The notes under the pieces were generated by a model. It saw nothing but the letters and a program-made list of their open reading frames with translations. It had not been told where the DNA came from and ran no database searches. The translations under genes and the position numbers were made by a program. Shown here piece by piece: positions 1-8,226 of a DNA stretch of 64,000 nucleotides. The stretch spans positions 15,366-79,365 of the IMG/VR virus record IMGVR_UViG_3300032305_002766; one strand, given 5' to 3'. Positions within the stretch are counted from its first letter, which is position 1, and each line of letters starts with the position of its first letter. This stretch comes from a virus (taxonomy: Duplodnaviria > Caudoviricetes).

Positions 1-1390
1 TTATGTCTAACTTTGTATTAGGATTTGTTTTTCCAATCCCAATATTACCTTTTAACGCTGTTGTAGTAATATTATCGTTACCTATTACAACTGTGTTTGA
101 ACCTAAACCTAAAGCTTCGTTACCAATTACAATTTGGTTAGTTTCTCCAATAGCGTTTGCTCTAGAATTAGCACCTATAAAAATTGAAGCACTTGCATTT
201 GTTAAAGCTGAGGTTCCTGTACCAAAATATCTACCGGCATTTTTACCTAAAGCATTGTTTTCACTTCCTGATATATTACTAAATAAAGCAAAGGTACCCG
301 CAGCAGTATTATCATTACCTACAGTAGTAGAAAGTAACGAAGAAACACCAAATCCACTGTTATTACTTCCTGAGGTTAGACTAAAAAGAGCACTACTACC
401 AACTGCAGTATTGGTCGAGCCTGAAATATTATTAAAGAGTGTATTTGTACCTACTCCAGTATTAAAACTTCCTCGGCTAGCACTAATTTGTGAAAAACTA
501 CCTATTGCTGTATTATTAGCACCTATAGTATTAAACGATAATGTATTATGACCTACTGAAGTATTATTACTTACAGAACTAGAGAATTGGGAATTATTAC
601 CTATAGCAATGTTTTGAAAACCAGATATATTATTAGATAAAGATGCAGATCCAATAGCAATATTACTATTTGAAGTACCATCATCTAATTTACCGGCATC
701 AACTCCAATAAAAATACTATTCACACCATCAGCAAGTGATAATTTACCTACAACACTAAGTTTTGAGAGAGGTGTAGTAGTTCCAATCCCTACATTTCCA
801 GAACTGGAAATGGACATAAATGTACTTGAGCCTGAGGTTATAATAAATGATCCTGTACCAAGAGATACAGAAGCAGATATACTACCTGTAGAAATTTGAG
901 ATAAATTTAAACCTACAATACTAGATGCGGATACATTAGTTAAACCTGAACCATCTCCTTGAAATGACCCACTAAATGAGCCTGAAAATCCATCTGTTCC
1001 ATTTACGGAGCCACTAAATATAGCAGGCCCAATATTTGTAAATGCTGATGAGCCCGAAACTGTAAGGGAACCAGTTATGATTACATTTTGGTTGAGTGGG
1101 TTTACATAAGATGCGGTTGATGAAAATGATGCACTAGTTGCAAATGAAGCCGTACCTGTTAAATTCCCTATAAATGATCCGGAAAATGAACCTGTGAATG
1201 AACCACTTGTAGGACCTATAGGTCCTTGAGGTCCAGGAGTTGCTACCGAAATTATATTGGTAACAGGTTGTGTTACGTTAATTTCTGTATTAGAGATATT
1301 ATTAATGATATTTAATTGATTATCATTAGTTTGGATCTCAACGTTATTAACAGTAGAGTCTATTACTATTTGATTAGGTACTCCAGCCAT
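1..1390 (-). CDS. Tail fibre/adhesin-like protein, partial (runs off the window's left edge; absent from the ORF track)
   Basis: Manual translation from ATG at 1390 (MAGVPNQIVIDSTVNNVEIQ...) stays open to base 1. It contains a short collagen-like GPQGPIGP, SGSF repeats, GNVGIGTTTP motifs and ~14-aa NTAxGxxAL-type repeats like YadA-head beta-rolls. Confidence 0.8.
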   Translation of the reverse strand, partial: MAGVPNQIVIDSTVNNVEIQTNDNQLNIINNISNTEINVTQPVTNIISVATPGPQGPIGPTSGSFTGSFSGSFIGNLTGTASFATSASFSSTASYVNPLNQNVIITGSLTVSGSSAFTNIGPAIFSGSVNGTDGFSGSFSGSFQGDGSGLTNVSASSIVGLNLSQISTGSISASVSLGTGSFIITSGSSTFMSISSSGNVGIGTTTPLSKLSVVGKLSLADGVNSIFIGVDAGKLDDGTSNSNIAIGSASLSNNISGFQNIAIGNNSQFSSSVSNNTSVGHNTLSFNTIGANNTAIGSFSQISASRGSFNTGVGTNTLFNNISGSTNTAVGSSALFSLTSGSNNSGFGVSSLLSTTVGNDNTAAGTFALFSNISGSENNALGKNAGRYFGTGTSALTNASASIFIGANSRANAIGETNQIVIGNEALGLGSNTVVIGNDNITTTALKGNIGIGKTNPNTKLDI

Positions 1391-1393
1391 CTA

Positions 1394-1813
1394 TTATTGT
1401 AGTGTTACTTGAGGATCAAGATTAACTTGACCTTCTAATATTCTTGTTTTTATACTTCCTGTTGTAATTTCTAAATCATATACAGCTGAATCTGTAAATG
1501 TTAAACCTTGGGTTGCTAACCAACCAGCATATATTCCTATACTTCCTGATGTGGGAGGGGTGGATAGATTACTTCCCGACATACTTAAAAATGAACTTCC
1601 TGAGGGGAACCCATTACTATATTGAGAACCTGACAAGGAGGGAAATGATAAATATGTAACAGAACAGTTACTTCCACTATATCCTGAGCGGATTTGCATG
1701 AATGCAGAGTATCCTGTTAAATCTATAGGATTTCCAACTGCATCTTTATACTGTATTTCAAAGTTTAAGGTAGACCCTTGTTCAATAGTAAAAGAATATT
1801 TTCCAGCAGACAT
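1394..1813 (-). CDS. Virion structural protein (tail/baseplate-associated, PIDLTGY-type beta-sandwich)
   Basis: 139 aa; FTIEQGST...NPIDLTGYSAFMQIR...VYDLEI pattern common in phage tail-fibre adaptor proteins; late-type motif upstream. Confidence 0.55.
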   Translation of the reverse strand: MSAGKYSFTIEQGSTLNFEIQYKDAVGNPIDLTGYSAFMQIRSGYSGSNCSVTYLSFPSLSGSQYSNGFPSGSSFLSMSGSNLSTPPTSGSIGIYAGWLATQGLTFTDSAVYDLEITTGSIKTRILEGQVNLDPQVTLQ

Positions 1814-1823
1814 ATTTTTTAGT

Positions 1824-1831
1824 TATAAATA
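1824..1831 (-). promoter_or_regulatory. Conserved upstream motif (sense TATTTATA), putative late promoter
   Basis: Exact copy about 10 nt upstream of the ATG at 1813; the same motif recurs upstream of many genes. Confidence 0.6.
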
Positions 1832-1846
1832 TTGGAAAAGACCAAA

Positions 1847-2587
1847 TTATTTATTACCTTTTAAACTTCCGCTGTTTCCTGTGGTTCCTAAAATAACTCC
1901 ATTTTCGGCTGCATCTTCATAATATGCTACTAAATCATCTACAATAGAATCTCTATGGTTTTGTTTCAATTTAATAGCAGACATGTTTTTAATTTTACGA
2001 GCCGCTATATATAAAAATCTAAATCCTGATTCGCGTTTTTGTTTTAAATCCACCTGAGCATCATCACCACATATGATCATTTTGGAATGTAATCCTATAC
2101 GGGTTACAATCATTTCCATTTGTTCATGGGTAACGTTTTGGGCTTCATCTACAATAATACAAGAATCTAAAAATGTTCTTCCTCGCATAAATGATAAAGG
2201 TACAATTTCTATTTTACCATCTTCTATAAGCTTTTCTACTTTTTCTTTATCATATAAAGCATACATGTTTTGGTAAATTGGCTGTACCCATGGGTCCATT
2301 TTTTCGCGTAAATCACCAGGTAAAAAACCTATATCTTCTTTAGAAACGGTTGGCCGCGTAATGATTATCTTCTCAAAGTGGCGTCGTAATAAACCGTCTA
2401 AAGCCACTTGACACGCTAATAATGTTTTACCTGATCCTGCGGATCCGGCTAACATTGTTAATGTGTTGTTTAATATTTCATCTTTTGCTAATTTTTGTTC
2501 TTCGTTTAAAGGTATTTTGAATTTAATAGGATTTTTCACTATTCTTTTTTCTCTAAATACCTCATCGGTATGATGGTTTGATGCCAT
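1847..2587 (-). CDS. phoH: PhoH family ATPase
   Basis: Walker A GSAGSGKT, IIITRP, GFLPGDL, RGRTF, IIVDEAQN and GDxxQxDL motifs. Confidence 0.95.
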   Translation of the reverse strand: MASNHHTDEVFREKRIVKNPIKFKIPLNEEQKLAKDEILNNTLTMLAGSAGSGKTLLACQVALDGLLRRHFEKIIITRPTVSKEDIGFLPGDLREKMDPWVQPIYQNMYALYDKEKVEKLIEDGKIEIVPLSFMRGRTFLDSCIIVDEAQNVTHEQMEMIVTRIGLHSKMIICGDDAQVDLKQKRESGFRFLYIAARKIKNMSAIKLKQNHRDSIVDDLVAYYEDAAENGVILGTTGNSGSLKGNK

Positions 2588-3308
2588 GATTTTTAAAATT
2601 GATTTTTACTAATTTATCTATTCCTGCATTAACATGCATTGCATCGTCTAAGATTAGGTTAAAATCATATCTATCATCCAACGGGAGTACTAGATCGACT
2701 TGTGACCCCCATCTAATTAACGAAAATCGTTCATTTTGAGCAAATGTATCATATTGTTGATTTGTAAACGGAGCAATAACGTTTACATCTTCATCAGCAA
2801 TTTGTATTAAATAATAAGTATAATCTAAAATAGGAGAATAAATTCTATTCCACATACGTTCATTATACTTCAAATATTCCATATTGGCTGGGTTGATTTT
2901 CTTATTAAGAATATCTTTTTCAACTGCTAACATTGGTTTGTTAGTTGATTGAATTGCCTCTAATGGTTTGTAAGTTAAAACACCCCCATAAGGTATACGA
3001 TTAATATGTACATCATAAAATGACATAAAAATTCCTATAACTAAAGAAGGTTTATTGTAATCTTTATCCCCTACTACATCTTGTAATGTATAATTTAACC
3101 CTTTGATTTCAACAATGGGTTCAGTAGGATCTTTAATGAATTTTTGATATAAAATAGTACCATCAGCAGGTGAATAAAAATGCTCATGATCTATAAAATT
3201 TGGGCGAATTGGATCTCTAAAAAAGAAAGTATTACTTAAATCACCTACTGGAAGTTTTTGTAATTGTTTAACTTCACCGTTTAACCATTCTTCTAATGTT
3301 TGAGCCAT
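2562..3308 (-). CDS. psd: Phosphatidylserine decarboxylase-fold (pyruvoyl-dependent) proenzyme, apparently soluble
   Basis: FFRDPxR, SPADG, FMSxYDVHINRxP, NER and the self-cleavage motif IRWGSQVDLVLP (compare RFGSRVD); no N-terminal membrane helix. Confidence 0.85.
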   Translation of the reverse strand: MAQTLEEWLNGEVKQLQKLPVGDLSNTFFFRDPIRPNFIDHEHFYSPADGTILYQKFIKDPTEPIVEIKGLNYTLQDVVGDKDYNKPSLVIGIFMSFYDVHINRIPYGGVLTYKPLEAIQSTNKPMLAVEKDILNKKINPANMEYLKYNERMWNRIYSPILDYTYYLIQIADEDVNVIAPFTNQQYDTFAQNERFSLIRWGSQVDLVLPLDDRYDFNLILDDAMHVNAGIDKLVKINFKNHGIKPSYR

Positions 3309-4222
3309 TATAACAAAATTTTATTGTGATCAACTCTATTCAAATGCATTATCATACAGCTCAACATAGCTCCTGATTTCATGTATTCTGATAGATTAAA
3401 TATAACTGGTTCCATACCTGCATTACTGCATATTTTTTCTAGGGTTTCAAGTTTATGTTTTTCTCCCTCATAATATTCATCTGTTTTTTTCATTTCAGAA
3501 ATATTTGAAGCACATAAAATCATATTACCTAAACGTACTGAATTTGTAAGACCACCTAAAGCATCTTCAACATCGATATTAATAATTTCAGTATGTTTTT
3601 CTATTTGTTTGATTTCTGACTCATCATATAATTCAGTACAAATTAATGTTTGTTCAGGATTTAAAGCAAAAATAGAACAATCTAAATGATATAGATATTC
3701 ATCAACCATAGCTACTTTAATGATATCCATTCCATAATTTTCTTCCATCCACTCATATGTTTTTATATTGGAACGGATTCCGTATCCACCTATATAAACA
3801 TTGTCATATAAATACTTTATATCAGCTTCTCCCTCCCATTTGTACGGAGATATGGCTGTTTTATAGCCCATTTGTTTAAAAAACGTTTCCCCAACTAATT
3901 CTTCACCTACTCGTGGGTGGGAAGTAAAATTAGATAATAAAATATGGTTTTCGTCTTTAATGTGGGGTAAATAAAGACCTAAATTAGCTACATAAACTTG
4001 ATCTTGAAAATTACCTTCTGAAGGTAGAAGATGAACTAAAGATCCGCCTGCTATAAAATTATACAGGTCCATAAATTGTTTGTAAGCTTTGGGTCTATTA
4101 ATTTGGAGTTCTTCATCATTTAATTCCTGCATCCAAATATTATTGGGGTCTGCTGTAGATAAAGAAAAGGGAAAATTCATTACGTAACTTTGTAATGGTA
4201 ACTGACTTGGTGTTTCTTTCAT
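3308..4222 (-). CDS. Amidinotransferase/guanidino-modifying (DDAH / arginine dihydrolase-like) enzyme
   Basis: QDQVYVANLG, WEGEAD, GYGIRS, YHLDC and C-terminal EYMKSGAMLSC (catalytic Cys) match the pentein fold motifs. Confidence 0.85.
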   Translation of the reverse strand: MKETPSQLPLQSYVMNFPFSLSTADPNNIWMQELNDEELQINRPKAYKQFMDLYNFIAGGSLVHLLPSEGNFQDQVYVANLGLYLPHIKDENHILLSNFTSHPRVGEELVGETFFKQMGYKTAISPYKWEGEADIKYLYDNVYIGGYGIRSNIKTYEWMEENYGMDIIKVAMVDEYLYHLDCSIFALNPEQTLICTELYDESEIKQIEKHTEIINIDVEDALGGLTNSVRLGNMILCASNISEMKKTDEYYEGEKHKLETLEKICSNAGMEPVIFNLSEYMKSGAMLSCMIMHLNRVDHNKILL

Positions 4223-4277
4223 GGTAACTACTTTATTGTATTTTCCTATACATATTAGGTAGGTCTATACTAGTACA

Positions 4278-4859
4278 CTAAATTTTATCACTTTTTTCTC
4301 TATTTTGAGTTTTTTCTAGGGGTTGTGTATTAAGATAATGAAAACAAATGTATAAATTTTCTTCAATATTTAAATCAAAAGAAGCTATAGGCTTTATATG
4401 ATCTATTTCCCAATATTCTCCATAATTATCCCAATTAATTTTTGGTGTAAACTGGGATTCAAGGTATTGAGTATATTCTTCCATATTACACCCCAAATAT
4501 TCTATAGTGCGATCTTTTTTAAGTGTATTGTATAATTTTAAAGCTTCTGATATTCTAGCTGCTGTTACGTGTTTGATTCTAAATCCAATATCTGTGTGAT
4601 ACTTGTTTTTATTCCATTCTCTATAAAGTTCCTTTTTAGTATGATAATGGTTTGTACAATATTGATTAAAATATTTTTTATTTTCTTTTCGGTATTCTTT
4701 ATAGTAATCTGTTCTAGATTCTTTACTAGTTTTATACCATATATCACTTAGAGGTTTTAAACAAGATCTACAATATATATGTTTACCATCTTTACTATCT
4801 TTTTTATTATAAAACTCCGTAATAGGTTGTTCTATATTACATTTTTTACATTTTTTCAT
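4278..4859 (-). CDS. HNH homing endonuclease with N-terminal CxxC zinc motif
   Basis: CKKC...CRSC N-terminus, LGC...W.NYG..WEIDHIKP...CFHYLNTQPL...NREKSD HNH core. Start placed at MKKCKKC (4859) because the promoter-like motif abuts the upstream ATG. Confidence 0.85.
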   Translation of the reverse strand: MKKCKKCNIEQPITEFYNKKDSKDGKHIYCRSCLKPLSDIWYKTSKESRTDYYKEYRKENKKYFNQYCTNHYHTKKELYREWNKNKYHTDIGFRIKHVTAARISEALKLYNTLKKDRTIEYLGCNMEEYTQYLESQFTPKINWDNYGEYWEIDHIKPIASFDLNIEENLYICFHYLNTQPLEKTQNREKSDKI

Positions 4860-4883
4860 ATTGTCCCGAATATTCGTGTCCAT

Positions 4884-4891
4884 TATACATA
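4884..4891 (-). promoter_or_regulatory. Variant upstream motif (sense TATGTATA) driving the HNH gene
   Basis: Lies immediately after the MCP terminator and 24 nt before the HNH start. Confidence 0.45.
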
Positions 4892-4893
4892 TG

Positions 4894-4920
4894 AAAAAGA
4901 GCCGCATTTTTGCGGCTCTT
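4894..4920 (-). terminator. Rho-independent terminator after major capsid gene
   Basis: AAGAGCCGCA/TGCGGCTCTT inverted repeat followed by a T run on the minus strand. Confidence 0.8.
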
Positions 4921-4947
4921 AATCTTTTATTCTATTAAATTTTTATA

Positions 4948-6714
4948 TTAGATGGTATTCAATCCACTGATATAAATTTTTCCATAAAACTCAGGGCGCA
5001 ACATTTTCTTAGCGTAACGAGTCAAGAGACCTTTACGTGGTGTAAATGTTTCTGGATCGTACACTAATGGTGTCATGATTAATGGAATGTATGGAGAGAA
5101 TACAGCTCCTGTTTCAAGGAATTGTGAACCTCTATAACCCATTAAGATCAAGTTTTCAGTCATGTAAGGGTTTTTGTAAACTTTGTAACGACCGTTAACT
5201 GAACCTACTTTTTGTACACCGAAAGCATATTCCATTTGATCAGCTTCACCGTTGCTTGTAGAAGCAAATCCTGGGATTGACTCAAGGATAGTTGCTACTG
5301 TAGGAGAAGTTACTAAGAAATTAGCACCTCCACGAAGAGTTAACTGGTGGATTCTGTTGCTTAATTTTTGGATCTTAGTACCTAATGTTTGGAACCATTG
5401 ACCTTGTGTATTGTAGAATGCTTGAGTAGTTGTAGCAGCCGAAAATGTATTTGAAGATGGTTGGAAAACTGTGTTATTAATAGCTGACCAATATTCAGTA
5501 CCTGCAGCAGCATCTTCAATCAACATATCTAAGATTTCCAAATCAATTTCCATTGAAATGTACTCAGACATGATGTTTGTTAATTCAGCTTCAGCATCGA
5601 TGTTTTGGTAAGCAGCTAAATCTTGTGCAAACTCAGGAGTCCATACAGCTTTCAATTTCTTGGTTTTAGCTGTAATTGGTTGTGATTGCATTTTAACGTT
5701 AATCTCAGGGATAACGATTTGTTGAGTTGAAGCGTTATTTGGTACTGAGAAAGAACCTGAAGCTTCGAAATCACCACGACCTGAGAATAAACCTGAACCA
5801 CCGTTGTTACCTGAAGTTACGTTAATACCATCTTGTGAAGTTGATTTTTGGTATAATACAGTAATTCTAGATCCTGATTGAGGAATTGCAGCAAAGTTTG
5901 AAGATCCTGTAAAGAAGAAGCTAATTGTACTGTTAGTATAGTTGTACGTAGTAAATGCAGGTAGCAATGTAGTTGCTGTAAAGTTTGAACCTGAAGTTAA
6001 TACAAAACCTCTAACTGCATCCTGATCAAATGATGGGATAGTAGAGTTAGAAGAAGTGATCGTAAATTTGTAAACTTGACCTGAAGCAACAGATGCTGAG
6101 AAGGTAGAGTCAAAGTTTAACTCAGCCCAAGAAGCAGATATGATTGAACCTGTACCAGCAGCAGTAGTAGTTAAAGCATTTGTTAATGAAGCTGACATCT
6201 CTAACAATGAAGAAGAGAATTGGTTGGTTGAATACGTAAAGCGTCCTGTTCCGTAAAGACCACCTGTAGTATCTAAAGTTTCAAATGGGAACTGAGAAGC
6301 AGTATCTCTAGTACCATAAAGTGATTGACCTGCAGTAAATGGATTCTTAGTGTTACCATATTGGAAATCTAAGAAGAACACTAGACCTGAAGGCATGTTC
6401 ATTGGTTGAACTGAAACGAATTCTTTAGCTACGATAGTACCGAATACTTTACGTACTAAAGGAAGAGCGATACCAGCCCAGTTCTCACCTTGTCCACCTG
6501 AAGTGTAATATGAGTTAGAAGCGATTTCATTTGATTCAGTTACTAATTGTTTTGCTTGGTTTTCTAACAAAAGTGACATATTGTTTTTGTCCATTTCTGT
6601 TAGTCCTTCCAACAAACCAGTTCTAGCCCATTTTCCGGCTAATTTGGCAGCATCACTTTGAAGTGATTTCCAAGATCCTGCTGCACTTTCTAAAAGTTGT
6701 TGTACTTGTGACAT
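4948..6714 (-). CDS. gp23: Major capsid protein, T4 gp23-like, with a large Ser/Thr/Gly-rich insertion
   Basis: LVRKVFGTIVAKEFVSVQPMNMPSGLVFFLDF, AKTKKLKAVWTPEFAQDLAAYQNIDAEAELTNIMSEYISMEIDLEIL, YSPYIPL-like FSPYIPL and F.PRKGLLTRY motifs. Confidence 0.95.
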   Translation of the reverse strand: MSQVQQLLESAAGSWKSLQSDAAKLAGKWARTGLLEGLTEMDKNNMSLLLENQAKQLVTESNEIASNSYYTSGGQGENWAGIALPLVRKVFGTIVAKEFVSVQPMNMPSGLVFFLDFQYGNTKNPFTAGQSLYGTRDTASQFPFETLDTTGGLYGTGRFTYSTNQFSSSLLEMSASLTNALTTTAAGTGSIISASWAELNFDSTFSASVASGQVYKFTITSSNSTIPSFDQDAVRGFVLTSGSNFTATTLLPAFTTYNYTNSTISFFFTGSSNFAAIPQSGSRITVLYQKSTSQDGINVTSGNNGGSGLFSGRGDFEASGSFSVPNNASTQQIVIPEINVKMQSQPITAKTKKLKAVWTPEFAQDLAAYQNIDAEAELTNIMSEYISMEIDLEILDMLIEDAAAGTEYWSAINNTVFQPSSNTFSAATTTQAFYNTQGQWFQTLGTKIQKLSNRIHQLTLRGGANFLVTSPTVATILESIPGFASTSNGEADQMEYAFGVQKVGSVNGRYKVYKNPYMTENLILMGYRGSQFLETGAVFSPYIPLIMTPLVYDPETFTPRKGLLTRYAKKMLRPEFYGKIYISGLNTI

Positions 6715-6747
6715 TTTCTTATTTGTTTTTTAATTGTTTTTAATTAA

Positions 6748-8031
6748 TTACTTAATACCGGCTAACACTTGCCATCTAGCAAATTGGTTATCCACTTCAA
6801 GAATTGGTTTCTTAGGAGCAATACCTGCTACTTTAGAAGCACCACCAATCATTGATTCATTAATGTTAGATCTTTTTTCTTTCAATCCTTCAGATAATGT
6901 TTCAAATACTAATTTTGCTTCTTTTGGAGTAGAAGTTTTGTCAAAAGCTTCCAATACTTTTACTTTTTGAGCTTCAGTTAAGTTTTTAGCTCTAAAGATT
7001 TTATTAACGTAAAGAAGTTTAGCGTTTAATAAGTTAATTTCATTTAACTCAGAACGAAGAGTAGTAATAGTTTTAAGAGCTTCATTTAATTCAGCTTTCA
7101 TCTTTTTAGCTTCAGCAAATCCAGTATTTACATTTCCATCACTTTTAAGATTAGTTGGGGTAGCTTTACCACCTACAAGAGCTGCTTTAAGTTGTTTTGT
7201 CATAGTACCAGCCTGATTTGCATCATAATAGTCAGCTAAATACTTATAGATTTTATTAACTTCACCGCTAAGTTTTTGTTTCAAATTTTCATCTGTAAAT
7301 TTACCAGCGTTAATTTGAGCCATAGCTGCCTTAACATCCGCATCTGACATTTTTAGTGTATCTTTTAAATACTTGTCAATTGATGCACCCTTAAGAGCAC
7401 TTCCGATTTTTGAAAAAATTCCTTCTTTCATCATTTCGTCTTCATCTTCGAATTCAACTTCTTCTTCTTCTTCATTTTCACCTTCATGACCTGCTTCTAG
7501 TTCCCCAGAAGCTACCATATTAGCGATTACGTCTTCGATAAATTTTCTAAGATCGTCTTCTGACATGTTTTCGATATCAACTTCTGCATCCTCGTCGTCT
7601 TCAATACCATCGGCATCTTCATCTTCATAGTCTTCGTCTTCGTTGACGTTACCATGAGCTGTGGCTCCTTTAGGATCATTAATTAATTCATCTCCTTCCA
7701 TGATAGATTCTTCTTCTTCTAATCCATCTAATTCTCTTAGAAGTTCTTCAAGATCGATTTCGTCCATAGTTTCATCCTCTTCCATCATGTCGTCTTCCTC
7801 CATCATGTCATCAGCTTCTTCCATCATTTCATCTTCTTGCATTCCTTCTACTTCTTCTAGCTCTTCATTTTCTTCCATTTCATCCATTTCAGCTATCTTT
7901 GCAGCTAACTTTTCACGAATTAAAGGTCCGAAATTTTCTTCAAGAGCAGCTTTTGCGTTTGCTATTGCAGTTTCTTTAACAGCTTTAGCATCAGCAATTG
8001 CTTCTTTAAGCAAGTCTCTGTTACTTTTCAT
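6748..8031 (-). CDS. Prohead scaffolding/core protein (gp22-like), highly acidic
   Basis: Directly upstream of MCP; Glu/Asp/Met-rich middle; C-terminal coiled coil LNEINLLNAKLLYVNKIF; many LxE/MxE motifs. Confidence 0.8.
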   Translation of the reverse strand: MKSNRDLLKEAIADAKAVKETAIANAKAALEENFGPLIREKLAAKIAEMDEMEENEELEEVEGMQEDEMMEEADDMMEEDDMMEEDETMDEIDLEELLRELDGLEEEESIMEGDELINDPKGATAHGNVNEDEDYEDEDADGIEDDEDAEVDIENMSEDDLRKFIEDVIANMVASGELEAGHEGENEEEEEVEFEDEDEMMKEGIFSKIGSALKGASIDKYLKDTLKMSDADVKAAMAQINAGKFTDENLKQKLSGEVNKIYKYLADYYDANQAGTMTKQLKAALVGGKATPTNLKSDGNVNTGFAEAKKMKAELNEALKTITTLRSELNEINLLNAKLLYVNKIFRAKNLTEAQKVKVLEAFDKTSTPKEAKLVFETLSEGLKEKRSNINESMIGGASKVAGIAPKKPILEVDNQFARWQVLAGIK

Positions 8032-8137
8032 TTGTCCTCAAATATTTTTTTGTTGGAAATACGCTTATTGTTGACGATTGTCGAAGCGTAATAATAATTT
8101 ATTACTTTAATGTGATATAGAGATCACATATTGCAAA

Positions 8138-8145
8138 TATACATA
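8138..8145 (-). promoter_or_regulatory. Variant upstream motif (sense TATGTATA) for the scaffold-MCP operon
   Basis: About 105 nt upstream of the scaffold ATG, just past a terminator. Confidence 0.45.
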
Positions 8146-8177
8146 TATGTGGATTTTTCAAAAATCGCCTTTGCAAT

Positions 8178-8205
8178 AAAAAAGCCTGCGGGTTAGGCAG
8201 GCTTT
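8178..8205 (-). terminator. Rho-independent terminator
   Basis: AAAGCCTGC/GCAGGCTTT stem plus T tract on the minus strand, after the 8227..9384 gene. Confidence 0.8.
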
Positions 8206-8226
8206 AATATAAATTTATAAGAATAA

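Noticed and set aside
3-551. 182-aa plus-strand ORF in the track
   Set aside because: Antisense shadow of the minus-strand tail-fibre gene (1..1390), which has recognisable repeats; no credible plus-strand genes occur in this window.
7661-8074. Ser-rich plus-strand ORF (and similar plus-strand ORFs, e.g. 8420, 16628, 49359, 58329)
   Set aside because: Reverse-complement artefacts of Glu/Lys/Ala-rich minus-strand genes.
8111-8128. CRP box
   Set aside because: TGTGA and TCACA are separated by 8 nt rather than the canonical 6.
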